64,000 nucleotides of DNA from Fistulifera solaris (taxonomy: Eukaryota), in contig AP026148.1 of assembly GCA_030295235.1 (NCBI GenBank), positions 496,001 to 560,000 of the forward strand. Reading direction: 5' to 3'. Below the pieces are notes generated by a model. That model searched no databases. It was not told where the DNA came from and saw only the letters and a list, made by a program, of their open reading frames with translations. The translations under genes and the position numbers were made by a program. Position 1 is the stretch's first letter; every line of letters starts with the position of its first letter. Positions 1 through 11,837 of the stretch are shown here, in pieces.

Positions 1-201
1 TTGGAGAATGCTTTGGCGACCTTTCAACAGTATGGATACCGTCTCTCACTGCTGCAATTAAAAGGTGCGAAACACGGATTCACCAATCCTGCTCAAGATT
101 TCAATGACAATCCAGCATTTGCATTCCATACTGAGTCGGCTCGCAAATCATGGCACCAAGCTACCGCCCTTCTGAAACGAAGATGTTCCAACTTGCCATA
201 A
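1..201 (+). CDS. 3' end of a dienelactone hydrolase-family (alpha/beta hydrolase) gene, truncated by the window start
   Basis: GAKHGFTNP followed by A-x-x-SW-x-x-A-x-x-LL matches the catalytic-His and C-terminal helix pattern of the DLH family; stop at 199-201. Confidence 0.7.
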   Translation: MENALATFQQYGYRLSLLQLKGAKHGFTNPAQDFNDNPAFAFHTESARKSWHQATALLKRRCSNLP

Positions 202-280
202 AATACTTCGTCTTGACCAACATAAAGAAATGTACTCTACTGTTTAAATAGTTTATGAAATACCTTTGTTCACTACAAGC

Positions 281-2125
281 TTAAATGAGAGATTCCTTCT
301 GTTCCAAATCGCTTTCATTCAAAACGGTATCTTTCGTATTGATAATTGCACCGTCTTCTGACAATAAACACGAACAGCTCTGCAAATATTTCCGACATCG
401 CTCCATATCTTCTCCAAATCCAAGCTCTTGTGCAACAAAGTCCAGTTCAACGGTCGGCCGATATACCCGACAAATTCTCTGTAAGCCATTGAATCGCATC
501 GTTGGTATTATGTGATCCATTAAAAAGGCCCCCAAGTTGGGGCACGAAAGTCGTAAACGGAAGAACAAATGATAATTCAACTCGGCTACCGCTTCGCGAA
601 CCAGCAGCGCATGATGAATGGCGGGATCTTCCTCGTCCGTAGGACTCAAGGAAAGCATCAAATGAAACAAGTCAGACGAGCCACCCGTATACTTCTTATT
701 CTCCATCAAAAACACATAATACAGCAAACGATAAGCAAGAAACTCGCGGATATTCTGGGTAGCTTCGGTGTCATCGTGTAAAGTACGATAGAGCTCCTTG
801 AGCTGCGTTTGGCATTGATTGTACTCGTTCAAATCATTTTCTTCCAGAGCAATCCTCGCGTGTGTTTCGTACACGTCAATCGTAAAGGAATTCTGAATTC
901 TTTGAACCGTACAATCTTGCCGGATAGCCTTAAGCTGCGAGCAAAACCAAATGTAATCTCTGCGGTTGGGGCGCCGTCGCTCTTGTTTCATGTTCTCCAG
1001 ATGCTCCCGCAGAACAGCTTCTGGTCTCACCAGCTCCGGACGAGGAGGCGCGGTTAATCTCAAGTACTCTTTTTCCAACTCCAGACACGTACCCTTCACT
1101 GTCATCTTTTCAAAATCTTCTTCGGTCAATTTTCCCGTCTTTCCTCCGATTGTTTCTCTTCCCATGAAGCGTCCAAAATCCTCCACTGCACTGCTAGATG
1201 ATGAGGCTTCGCCAATACCACCAGGACCCACAAACCGTTTCTCGCGACTCTTGAGTGCCAACGTAGACTGATCAAACCCATTGTCTTTGTGCTTCTTCGT
1301 TTGGTGTGTTTCAGAGATGTCCCCCGGTCCATAATAAGAAGGCGTGTTGTTTCTCTTCGTCGCGCTTTGGTACTGTATGGCAAAATGAGACATGTTAGCT
1401 GTTTCTGGAGACAAAGTTGGACCATAGTAACTGTGGTTCGACGAATTCTGCGATGCTTGCCAGTATCCAGGACTCGTGTACACGCTTTGCTGTTGTTGAA
1501 ACGACGTGGATCGTGGTCTAACTAATGGCACTTGACTCCAATCTTTGATGTGAAGGTTGTTGGACATGATCGCTTCTTGTATAAGCTTTTGCACTTGTTC
1601 CATGACTTCATCCTTTTCATTCTGAGTTTTACAAGGCAACAAACAACGATGAACAAACACTTTCAGGCTTGCAGGCGAATCCTCTTGGCCACCCGATGCG
1701 GACGGCTGATCACTTGCAAAATTTTGGTTGTGAGATGATGTCAGACTACTGGAATGAATTACTTCTGTGTAATGAGCAGGTGGTGGAGGTAGATCAAAAG
1801 GGGCTATTGTAGCTCCAGGATTCTGATGGAAGAAATGTGCGGCTCGACTCGACTCATCTGCCTGATACTTAGCCCATCGATACTGCTGATCGGCATCACT
1901 TCGCATTTTAGGGTCGGGTGATTGTAAATGGGGTTCCCAACGCTGCGCCTGCTCCGTGTAGGCATGATAATATTCCGTGTAGAGCTGGACCAAATTCTTA
2001 CCGTTCAAGCTTGTTTCGTAAGTTGTGTGTGTTGTGTGCAACGTTGCAGACGGCACCCACGATGTGCCGTTCCATGTCATTTCGGGTTGTTGTGCGGTAG
2101 CGTTTTGCTGGTAATTAGCGTACAT
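281..2125 (-). CDS. SAC3/GANP (PCI) domain protein, LENG8/THP3-like mRNA export/processing factor
   Basis: LEKEYLRLTAPP, QLKAIRQDCTVQRI, VYETHARIALE, EYNQCQTQLKELY and EFLAYRLLY are LENG8/Thp3 motifs. First ATG (MYANYQQ) is at 2125. Confidence 0.9.
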   Translation of the reverse strand: MYANYQQNATAQQPEMTWNGTSWVPSATLHTTHTTYETSLNGKNLVQLYTEYYHAYTEQAQRWEPHLQSPDPKMRSDADQQYRWAKYQADESSRAAHFFHQNPGATIAPFDLPPPPAHYTEVIHSSSLTSSHNQNFASDQPSASGGQEDSPASLKVFVHRCLLPCKTQNEKDEVMEQVQKLIQEAIMSNNLHIKDWSQVPLVRPRSTSFQQQQSVYTSPGYWQASQNSSNHSYYGPTLSPETANMSHFAIQYQSATKRNNTPSYYGPGDISETHQTKKHKDNGFDQSTLALKSREKRFVGPGGIGEASSSSSAVEDFGRFMGRETIGGKTGKLTEEDFEKMTVKGTCLELEKEYLRLTAPPRPELVRPEAVLREHLENMKQERRRPNRRDYIWFCSQLKAIRQDCTVQRIQNSFTIDVYETHARIALEENDLNEYNQCQTQLKELYRTLHDDTEATQNIREFLAYRLLYYVFLMENKKYTGGSSDLFHLMLSLSPTDEEDPAIHHALLVREAVAELNYHLFFRLRLSCPNLGAFLMDHIIPTMRFNGLQRICRVYRPTVELDFVAQELGFGEDMERCRKYLQSCSCLLSEDGAIINTKDTVLNESDLEQKESLI

Positions 2126-2583
2126 GTTTTCGCGACGATTGTAAATTGGGGTCAAGCAAGTGAGTATCACTCGATTTTGATGAGGCACGCGGACAGAACC
2201 TATTAGAAAAATGATATGTTTCGAGAAAAATGGAAGGTGATGTAGCGAAGTGATAATAGTGAAGTTGTAGAATTACACACACGGGGCTGTTTCGTCTTAT
2301 CGCACGGACTCAATGAGTTTAATGTTTTATGTTTCTGTTTCGTTGCAACGCAACAAAAAAAAATACTCCGTAATAATGGAGCGCAAAACCGCGAGGACTA
2401 TTGTCCCCGCTACGACACACCCGAAACTGAAGCAAAGTGTTAAGGTCAGTAAGTCGTGATACGTAGTGCAATATTTTCATTTTTATCCTAATCATCTATC
2501 GCACCAGTACTAACGTATTATTTTGCAAATCATAATAATATCGTACAGAGAGATTTATTCGATCGATGGACCACAACGAAGGG

Positions 2584-2737
2584 TGACGTATCCGTGACGG
2601 TCGACCACGTCACGCGGAGCTTCAAACACCTACGTCACAGTGCCTCGTCCTCCGTACACATTGTCAGACACTGCTGGCGTCGTCAACTTTTCGCTGGCAG
2701 TTAGAATTCAGTCTTCCGAAAGCAATCTTTTTGACGT
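2584..2737 (+). promoter_or_regulatory. Cluster of TGACGT/ACGTCA bZIP elements (CCRE/aureochrome-type) upstream of the bestrophin
   Basis: TGACGT 2584-2589, ACGTCA 2607-2612, ACGTCA 2632-2637, TGACGT 2732-2737, plus TGACGG 2595-2600; all 155-310 bp upstream of ATG 2892. Confidence 0.6.
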
Positions 2738-2891
2738 GACAGTAAAGCAAACTGTACACTCCGTTGTCGCCTACGACCCTTACGTACTTGGATCTTCGGA
2801 TTGATGTAAAAAAAGCACCATGGCATCATCACGCCATAGTTTCTCATTGATTTCGTGCTCTCCCATTTGATTTGGAAACAAAAGAGAAAAC

Positions 2892-4544
2892 ATGGTCCGA
2901 ATGATTTGCATTTTGCCTTTGGTGGCAGCGTTGATTGGTAGCGCGAATGCCCTTGTGGCCCCGGCCAACAACGTAGCAAAACAGGCGATGCCTCGTTTCT
3001 CGAACAACGTGGCAAAAAGCGCGGTGCCTCGTTTACTCACGTCCGAAGGAACTCGTTTATTCTCGTCCGAAGGCACTGGTTGGGATAGTTTCAAGGGTGT
3101 TCGAGACTTTACCAACATTCCTTCGGGAGAAGAGCAGCGGAAATTTCGTCGCACGGTCTACACTCACAAAGACTGGAAAAAGCACCGCTCGCAAGATCGT
3201 TTCATTTATTATCTTCTCGCCATTTTCAAGTCGGGAGTTTACAAAAACATTGGACGTGAAGTGATCACGATTACGGCGGTCGCTGCTCTTGTGTGTGTCT
3301 ACAATTCGTTGGTGGGAGGATATACGGATCTCAACGGAGTTCAGCAAGCGGCTTTGCTCCAGAGTCAGTTTCTTCCCAAGTTGACACTTCCGCTGTCCTT
3401 GTTCACCATCACTTCGTCTTCGCTCGGTCTTCTTCTCGGTAAGTTCGTACTGACAGCTGATTGTAGTTGATTACTGCGATCGGCTTCAACTGACCTACCA
3501 TTTTACAGTGTTCCGCACCAACACGTCTTACCAGCGTTGGGACGAAGCACGTAAAAACTGGGGGTAAGTTTTTCTTTCATCGTTGTCGAGTTCATTGCAA
3601 CCAAGGCCGTCTTCTGACGCAATTATCTTCTACTCAGAATGAACATCAACCACACCCGTGATCTCGTGCGCATGGCGAATGCCTACTATGACAGCACAGG
3701 TGTTCCCCCGGAAGTCCGTGCCGATGACATGAACCACATCGCTCTTTGCACTTGGGCTTTTGTCCGTTGTATGAAGCGCCACTTGTCTCCGGAGGAAGAA
3801 GACGAACTCGATTTCCAAAAAGAAATTCTTGAAAAGCTTCCGAGAAAGCAGGCCGAGATGATCATTGCTGCTGCTCATCGTCCGAACCGTGCTTTGCAAG
3901 ATCTTTCCTACGCCATTGATGACTTGCCGATGCATTTCATGCGAAAGAACGAGATCCACAGGGCTGTGACGATCTTTGAAGATAACCTTGGCAGTTCGGA
4001 ACGTCTTCTCTCGTCCCCAGTCCCAGTGTTCTATTCTCGACACTTGGCTCGCTTCTTGGCTGTTTGGTTGTTGTTTGTCCCCTTTGCTCTGTACGACAGT
4101 TTTAACGCGTCGTGGAACCACATCGCCATGGTACCTGCCACTGCTGTCATGTCCATTTTCCTCGTGGGTATTGAAGAGCTCGGCACACAGCTAGAAGAAC
4201 CTTTCACGATTCTTCCCATGCAGGGTTTCTGTGACAAGATTTACAACTGGTGCATGGAAATCGCATCGTGGCAGCCGGGTGACAATGGTCGATCCATGAG
4301 ACCGGTCAAGCCAGAGCACGCCTATTTCACGTCGACTTCGGAAGGTGTCAACGGTTACTCCAACAACTACTACACGCCGCAGCAATCTTATTACAATGAA
4401 CCCGCGCAGCCCCAACAGTCTTACTACAGTGAACCCACACCGGCTCCTCAGTACTACAACGAGCCTACTCCGGCCCAGCCTGCCGGAAACCAAGGCTGGG
4501 TGGACATGGCGGAGTTTTTGCGGCGACAAGGATCTGGAGTTTAA
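2892..4544 (+). CDS. Plastid (probably thylakoid) bestrophin-like anion/bicarbonate channel, UPF0187/VCCN1/BST type, 3 exons
   Basis: Exons 2892-3438, 3509-3563, 3638-4544 joined at GT-AG introns give LGLLLVFRTNTSYQRWDEARKNWG. Also ERLLSSPVP-YSRH and GIEELG-QLEEPF. Signal peptide ends ANA-LVAP, followed by a transit-like segment. Confidence 0.92.
4365..4480 (+). repeat. Coding tandem repeat: four Tyr-Tyr-initiated units (YYTPQQS, YYNEPAQPQQS, YYSEPTPAPQ, YYNEPTPAQP) in the bestrophin tail
   Basis: Read directly from the exon 3 translation. Confidence 0.8.
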
Positions 4545-5508
4545 GCTTTGGTGATTTATATGGAAACAAGTTGTCGACATTCTAGCAAAATTATAAACAA
4601 ATAACATAACTTGTGGTACCAACCACATGTTTGCGACAGTATGGTGTTGGTCACCTGACTTTTCTATTCAACATAGCTTGCAGCTACACCAGGAATTCAT
4701 GTGGTGTGTAGTACTCCGGAGTAAGGTCTAGCAGTTGAAAAGTTAACCCTGCAATGGCGTTGAGAAATTGAACTATAAAAGCTGGACTAGGGTTCTTCAA
4801 TCGTTGCTTGGCATTGATTCGTGGGCTTCGCTAATTTTAGATCCTGGGATGTAAGTTAGCGTCAGTATCCTTCATAATGGTAATTGATCGACTTTTACCG
4901 TGAACCGTGACCCGTGACGGCTCCAAGACTGAGATGATAGATGCTACTGGTACTGGTAGCCTTCTAACTAGCCGCGACAATCTATGAAAAAAGAAGCGCT
5001 CTGTACCAGATGGGGAGACTAGAGAGACAGAGAGGTCTTGTTAGCATGTTGATCACACAGCGGGATGAAGGCAGCGGACGTTTTAATGCGAAGTGTGAAT
5101 CCTCATCAAAAATACGACGATTATTGCCCCAAGTATCGTATAAAAATTGAGCACTAAAAAACAAAAGTCAAGATAGCGAGAAAAACTGAGACAGGCGAGA
5201 CAAGACCTCACAAGATCATAAATCTCGGGGATCCGGCTCCTAGATGTATTATTTGTCTTAAAAAGACATTTATTAGTACGATGCTAAATGTACATTACTG
5301 GGTTCTTACATTAATAAATTTGAGTAACGGTTACAAATCACATGTACTCAATTCGGTCACTTGCAAAGTCAACGGTCACGCCGAGTTGGCAGAGCAAACA
5401 ATTTCACTTCTGAATCCTCACTGCATCATTTCTTTTTGTTTTGTTTGCTCTTGGAACGCCCATTTCACAATAAACAATTCCAATTAACCTGGAACACAAT
5501 TGAAGACA

Positions 5509-5781
5509 ATGTCAGAAGACACTTCTTACAACCTCTTTCAGGTCGAGACAGCTCCTCGACGATGGAAGAAGCCGACTCCCAATGAGCCCAAAAGCCCTAC
5601 GGTGGGTCACCTCAACACAGATTGGCTCGGCAGTAGCTTCAGTGACTTATCGAGCTCCCCATTACGTCGAATCAGCAAAATCGACAATGCGTGGCTTGGA
5701 GCAGCGAATATACAACGCCCGGAACCTATCAAGATCGATGGGTCCTCCTCCGTCCGATCCAATCCCTTTTTTGGAAAGTAA
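5509..5781 (+). CDS. Possible small orphan protein (about 90 aa)
   Basis: ATG at 5509 in an otherwise AT-richer gap; internal quasi-repeat LNTDWLG / IDNAWLG; no recognised family. Confidence 0.4.
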   Translation: MSEDTSYNLFQVETAPRRWKKPTPNEPKSPTVGHLNTDWLGSSFSDLSSSPLRRISKIDNAWLGAANIQRPEPIKIDGSSSVRSNPFFGK

Positions 5782-6124
5782 AGTGGACTTTACTATTGCA
5801 CAGAACGACAGAATATGAAGCCAATGCATTCTTACATAAAACTACATGATTACTGAAGTAGAATTTGCTTGCTATAGGTCTGTATTTCTCTTGTTCATTT
5901 GATGATTCGAAAATTGTACGGAGTGTATGAGAAAAGCGGGTGCTCCGCGACGTAGTACTCGTGACTGGAGCCATTTTTCGACCCTTCCTTTTTGCGTCTA
6001 TCGTCCACCCAAATTTTCGACGACCTGCATCATTTTGCAAATGAAGGAGAACGGAATCGGATTTTGAAAAAAGGAAAGCTTTATAGTTCATTTTCACAAG
6101 TACACAGAGTCCAGAACTTCTCCA

Positions 6125-9100
6125 ATGGCTTTTAGAAGTAATAGTGGCGATATTCCGCCTCCGAATGGTCAGGTCTTGTCGTTGATTTCGGCCTTTTCGA
6201 GCCCTGAAAATCATGAACTGCACGTACAAGCCATCCGAGCACTCGAAGAGGCGTTTGCCGGAGGTAGTTACGGAGATTTATGCCATCAGCTTGTCCTTTT
6301 TCTACTGTTAAGTGATCACAATCCTCCTGAGGAAATTTTTCATAAAATCGCTCCAGCTGATCTTGAAGGATGGCAAAGAACCGATGCTAGTTCCGTGGCG
6401 AAATTGCAGCAACAACCAGCGCAATGGGTCGTTCTCGGTCAACTGGCAGGATTTGTTATGAAAAATGCCTTGACTCGACCTCCGATAAATCCTCAATCAT
6501 CACGGCCAGCCTTCGTGCCCGCTGGTCCGCTGGCCGAACATCTCAAGGAGTGCCTCTTGGTGGCTCTAGAATGTCAGCATGCCGAATTGAGAGCTGTGGC
6601 CAGTTCGATCATTGCTACATGCGCCGTGTCGGCCGATGGTGTACAGCCGGTCATGCATGTGAGTGGCTGGCCGCAACTCATACCACACCTATTGGCACCT
6701 TTGCAAAACCCAGGACATCACCCTAGGGCATTTCACGGTGCATTAGATACGGTCAAGAAAATGTTGGAAGATGGACCCAGTGATCTCGAACCGCGGGAAT
6801 TGGATGACTTAGTTCTGGCGCTTATGCATTTGCTTCGAAACCAGGTACAGCTATTGGATGAAAGTTCTAAAACGGCTATTCTAGAGTCACTGTTGGCTGC
6901 AACTAGCATGGTGGATCGATCGGGTAGTCTCCAGAGCAGCGCCCTGACGGTACATGTCGAAGGCTACATACAAAGTCTATTAGCGCTCGCGAATGACGCT
7001 AGTGCAGTGATTCGTCAAACGGTCTGCCGAAGTCTCGTTACGTTGCTGGAAGTTCGGCCCGATCTATTTGGTCGGGAACTGAAAGTGTTTCAGACGGTCA
7101 CCCAGGCCATGATCGAAAGATCGTCGGATACGGATCGCAATGTCGCATTGGAAGCCTGTGAATATTGGCTAACATTTTGTAGTCTCGATATTCACGAGAA
7201 TGGAAACGACACTTCGGCGATGAAAGAATTTGTACAGTCGCTGTTTCCGAAATTGCTCATTGCCTTGTTGAACAACATTGTATATGGGCCGGACGAGCAA
7301 TCGGAGTTGCTGCAAAAGAATGCCATGGAATCGGCTGGTACTGCCGTTGATAGTACCAGTGTTAAGCCTGTGTTCCATAAATCTCGGGCGCAGCACGTAG
7401 TGCACGCTCCCGACAAAGGTGATGACTCAGATAATGACGATTGGGACGATGAAGATGACGACGATGATGACGACGGTGATGACACAGATGAAGATGGAGG
7501 CAGCTTTTGGACGTTGCGAAAATGTTCTGCTGCGAGTCTTGACTCATTGGCTATTTTATTTGGAGCCAATGCTATTCTTCCTATATTGTGGCCTGCACTC
7601 GAACAAGGTTTGTCTTCCACCGAAGCAAACAAGGAATGGATTCAAGAGGCTTGCATCTTGGCCCTTGGTGCCGTGGCGGAAGGGTGCCATCTTGAGCTCG
7701 GTGAAGCTCAAATTTTAGGGCGTTTACATCCTTTTCTGCTCAGCCATTTAGATGTGGGTAATCTACCACAGCTACAAAATTCAGCGGCGTGGACACTTGG
7801 CAGATACGTTGCGTGGGCTGTGGAACAAGTCCAAACAGGAATGCAACGGGATTTATTGTGTCACATGACTCAACGTGTATTAGACTTGTTGGTTCGGACA
7901 CCACATGCGTCGGTACAAGTTTCGGCTGTCACTGCTTTTGGGGTACTTGTTGAATCAGCTGGGGATCTTATGGTGCCCTACTTGGAACCAATATTTGAGC
8001 AGCTTGTGGTGGCGCTGCATAAGTTCTTTAGTCGATCTGGGAAAGTTGTGTTCCATCGCAGCTTACTATTACTTTTTGATACGTTTGGCATCATCGCTGA
8101 CTGTTGTGGCCCAGCAATAGCCGAAGGCCACCTTCCCTCAATCTACATGCCTTCTTTGATGCAAACTTGGGATACGCTCGCATCGAATGCATTGCAAGAT
8201 CCAAAAGTGAATACGGTCTTAATGCCCCTAATGGAAGGTCTGGCGAGCATAGCAGTAACATCGGGGTTAAACTATCAGCCTTATGCGCTCCGGTCATTTG
8301 ATAATGCCATGTGCATAATCGAAATGACAACTTTGTCTGTCTCAACGCTTGATGGAGCAAACGAAGGCCAGCTGTTCGACAATGAGGTAGACTACGATCC
8401 CATAGTATGTTCTACTGATCTACTTGACGGGATGGTTGAAGGACTGAGGTCAAATTTTGCTGATCTGGTAAAAAGTAGTCATCGCTATGGTTCACATTTC
8501 CTATCCGTGGTTCATTCCCTGTGTCGGCATGACGTTGGAGGTGTTCGAATGAGTGCCTTGGCTCTTCTTGGCGACTTGGCGCATCATACGCCCGCTATGC
8601 TAGAACCTGCTTGGACACAGCTTCTTCATGAGGCAGTACGAAGCACCGATTCCCTTAGCCAGTCCACATCCGTTGCTGCCAATGCTGTCTGGGCTACAGG
8701 AGAAATAATAATACGCTGCCAGGGGAACGCAAAGTCACTCGAACCTATCGTCGAACCTCTCATCCAGAATTTGCTCGCAATTTTGGGGGATGGGACGGAA
8801 GGTTTGATTGAAAATGCAGCGGCGTGTACTGGTCGCCTGGCTATTGTTGTTCCAGACGTAGTCGCTCCCCATTTAGAACGTTTTCTTTTAGCGGGATGGT
8901 GTGACGCGATGGGAAGGTATCGGATCCCGACGAAAGACGGGATGCTTACGAGGGATTCTTGAGAGCGATCTATTTGAACTCGAACGCCATTCATCGGGTA
9001 CATGGTCAAGATGTAATATCTGTGATTGTCAGCATAGTTCGATGTATCATGACATGGCACCTTCCCCCCGCACCCAATAGGAGACTCTAACGAAGCATAC

Positions 9101-9269
9101 GAAAACCAATTTCGTCCTTTTCCACCGACCGAAGCGAAATTGGGTGACGCTTTATCGCAGCTGCTCATGAATATGAAGTCGTCGGTAGGAGATGAGACTT
9201 GGATGATGGTACACAGGCATTTGCCTGTGAACGCAAGAAAAGCTGCTAAGAGAGGCTTATCAATTATGA
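6125..9269 (+). CDS. TNPO1: Transportin-1 (importin beta-2, karyopherin beta2); apparent 1-bp indels near 8915 and 9240
   Basis: HEAT-repeat protein with VALEACEYW, an acidic loop, WTLRKCSAASLDSLA, LALGAVAEGC and WTLGRY. The shifted frame continues DPDERRDAYEGF...LPVNARKLLREAYQL to TGA 9267-9269. Confidence 0.9.
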
Positions 9270-9413
9270 ACGCAAGGGTTCTCTTGATAGCCATTCCGAG
9301 CGGTGGGAAGGGACGAACTAGGCTATGGAGTCGCTAGGACACGTAAAGTTACAAAACGCAAGTAAAAGAATCAAACTATAGAGCGGACATTTAACAAAAC
9401 GAATGAAAAGAAA

Positions 9414-10598
9414 CTATTTCTTCTCGTTGATCAAAGCCATTTCTTCATCATCTTCCGACAATTGAGAAGTTCCGTTCTCGGACTTTGATACCACAGGTGG
9501 TGATGCAGCAGGAGTCGTATCGAACGTATAATTACAAATCGAAATAACAACTTGTCCCGCGGCGATCATCATAGCGGGTGTTAAGGGTCCTCCCAGCCAC
9601 ACATGATCCAACACGGACGATAAAATGATGGCTCCTGTCGTGGCCAAAGTCTTGAGAATGGAGTCACCATATTTGATCGACAGTGCAACCAAAAGTCCAC
9701 CGGCGGCCCCCAACGAAGCCACACCCCACGCCAGTGGTGTCCAACCCGCTCCTATTTCCGCCGGAGATGTTGTGAACGCCATAAACGCCAAGTACACGGG
9801 TACACTGCCAAATGCCAACTGAAAATTTCGTTCCCAAATAGAGAGTTGCAGAGGATCCGTCTTAATCACTTTTTCAAAGTAAATGGACGAGAAACCCGAC
9901 AACGTGACTTCAATGAGTACAGCCGCCGTTCCCAATAGCACATTGGCGTCGGTATCCAATTCCGTCGATGTATCATTCTTATCCCAAATCGGTTGTGAAA
10001 ATAAGAGCACCCCGAGCGACAAGGCAATCAAGGCCCTCCACTGCGTCCAAGAATACTGACGACGCAATATCAAACTGGAACAGGCGGCGGTCGTCAATAT
10101 TTTACATTGCGCAAAGATGGTAAACATCCCGGCCCCAATATTTTTCAAAGAAATGAGACTCAAGGTATTCATGGCCCCGTAAATCAACGCCAGACCGATC
10201 ATTTTTTGGCTCGTCGAAATGAGATATCCCAGTCGTTGTTGCATTGTTCGGTGTTTCCCTGTCGTCGTAATGGTATCTTCACTTTTCACAATCATGTAGG
10301 CCGAAAAGATCATTTTCATGATTTCACTCACCAGTAACACTTCATATTTGGAGTACTTTTCTTGTCGCGTTCCCAACGAATAACGTCGAATTACTGTAAA
10401 GAGCGAATTTTGTAGACATAGAACCACGAGAACGACCATGCGGATACTGTTCATGCAAGAAAAGATCGACTTGTTGTTGTCGCTCATGATGAGAGAAGAA
10501 GGTTTGGAAGATGCGCGTGGTGGAGTGTCGTCTTTGTAGAATGTTTCTTGAACTCGTTTCGAGGTTTTACGGTGGTGTTGACCCAAATCCATAAACAC
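9414..10598 (-). CDS. Nucleotide-sugar transporter, SLC35A family (UDP-galactose/CMP-sialic acid transporter-like)
   Basis: SEIMKM, AQCKILTTA, LSGFSSIYFEKVIK, SIWERNFQL and GGLLVALSIKYGDSILKTLAT are SLC35A motifs; multiple TM helices. True start may be a downstream ATG. Confidence 0.9.
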   Translation of the reverse strand: MFMDLGQHHRKTSKRVQETFYKDDTPPRASSKPSSLIMSDNNKSIFSCMNSIRMVVLVVLCLQNSLFTVIRRYSLGTRQEKYSKYEVLLVSEIMKMIFSAYMIVKSEDTITTTGKHRTMQQRLGYLISTSQKMIGLALIYGAMNTLSLISLKNIGAGMFTIFAQCKILTTAACSSLILRRQYSWTQWRALIALSLGVLLFSQPIWDKNDTSTELDTDANVLLGTAAVLIEVTLSGFSSIYFEKVIKTDPLQLSIWERNFQLAFGSVPVYLAFMAFTTSPAEIGAGWTPLAWGVASLGAAGGLLVALSIKYGDSILKTLATTGAIILSSVLDHVWLGGPLTPAMMIAAGQVVISICNYTFDTTPAASPPVVSKSENGTSQLSEDDEEMALINEKK

Positions 10599-10992
10599 TC
10601 GAGTTCTTTTTTGAAATACTAATGGAAGTTGTTCGCAGCGCAGGCAAATATTATTCTTCTGCGGAGTAGTTAGTTCGTCCCGTCGAACTATACTAAATAA
10701 AAAAAAAATAATGTCGATGATCCTTTTGGCAATAACAATTTATCGACTCTCGTGACTGCGAAGTGCGAAGACAGACGAGTGGAAAAATTTAAGAACCTGT
10801 ACGACGCGTGGGGAGAAACTAATACTGCAATCCAGTACCAGTACCAGTAGAGAAGACACATGCGCGTCATGTCATCCGCATCATCCGCAATCCGGACATG
10901 ACAATAAATGAACAACCTTCCAACCAATAAAGAACGGCATTTCGTCAATTAAACTGCTAATAACTCTCCTTCTCTTCACCTTGTTGTTCAAA

Positions 10993-11837
10993 ATGACATC
11001 GTGGCTGCAATTGGCTCAAAAGACAGCTATAGTTACAGGAGCCGGATCGGGGATCGGGGCTATGGGTTGCGTATATAGTATCATATGATCCTATTCTTTT
11101 GCCGAAATCGTCATCCATACTCATTATATTTTCCCTTCAATCTCCCCTGCATATAGACAGTCGTTCGTTCTTTACTTAATCAACAATGTCGTGTCATTCT
11201 CGTAGATCGTGATGATGCCTCGTTGCAACACATCACGAAAGACGCGTCGGTGGCCCTGTGTGACGTCTCACAAGAGGATCAAGTACGAGACGTCTTTGCC
11301 CAATATTCGCATCAAAATCCGTCCATCCTCATCAATTGTGCCGGTATTATACGCGATGGATGGATCTCGAATTTGTCCGTCAAGGATGATTGGGACTCGG
11401 TTTTGGATATTAATCTCAAGGGAACCTTTTTGATGTGCCGTGAATTCATCCGTCGGCAGAATCAGAGATTGAAACAAGGAGAAGCCCGTCAGGCCTGTTC
11501 TATTATCAATGTCGGATCAGTTGTTTCGGAATTGGGTAATTTAGGGCAAACCAATTATGCCGCCAGTAAAGGAGGAGTGCTTGGATTGACACGAGCGTTG
11601 GCCAAAGAAGCGGCCCGCAGCGATGTACGCGTCAACGCGGTAGTTCCGGGCTTTATTGATACTCCCATGGCGCAACAGGTGCCGGTCCACGTGCAAGAAC
11701 AAATTGTGAACAAAATTCCGTTGGGTCGGTTCGGGCAACCGGTAGAAGTGGCGGATCTCATTCTGTTCTTGGCATCACCGAGAAGTAGTTACATCACGGG
11801 AGAATGCATCAAAGTGAGTGGAATGATTTCATTATAG
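10993..11837 (+). CDS. Short-chain dehydrogenase/reductase, FabG/HSD17B8-like 3-oxoacyl reductase, 2 exons
   Basis: Exon 1 from ATG 10993 encodes VTGAGSGIG; intron 11066-11160 (GT-AG) restores frame; NCAGI, YAASKGG (YxxxK) and VNAVVPGFIDTPM. Confidence 0.9.

Noticed and set aside
7410..7500. GAT/GAC trinucleotide-rich tract
   Set aside because: Encodes the expected acidic loop of transportin.
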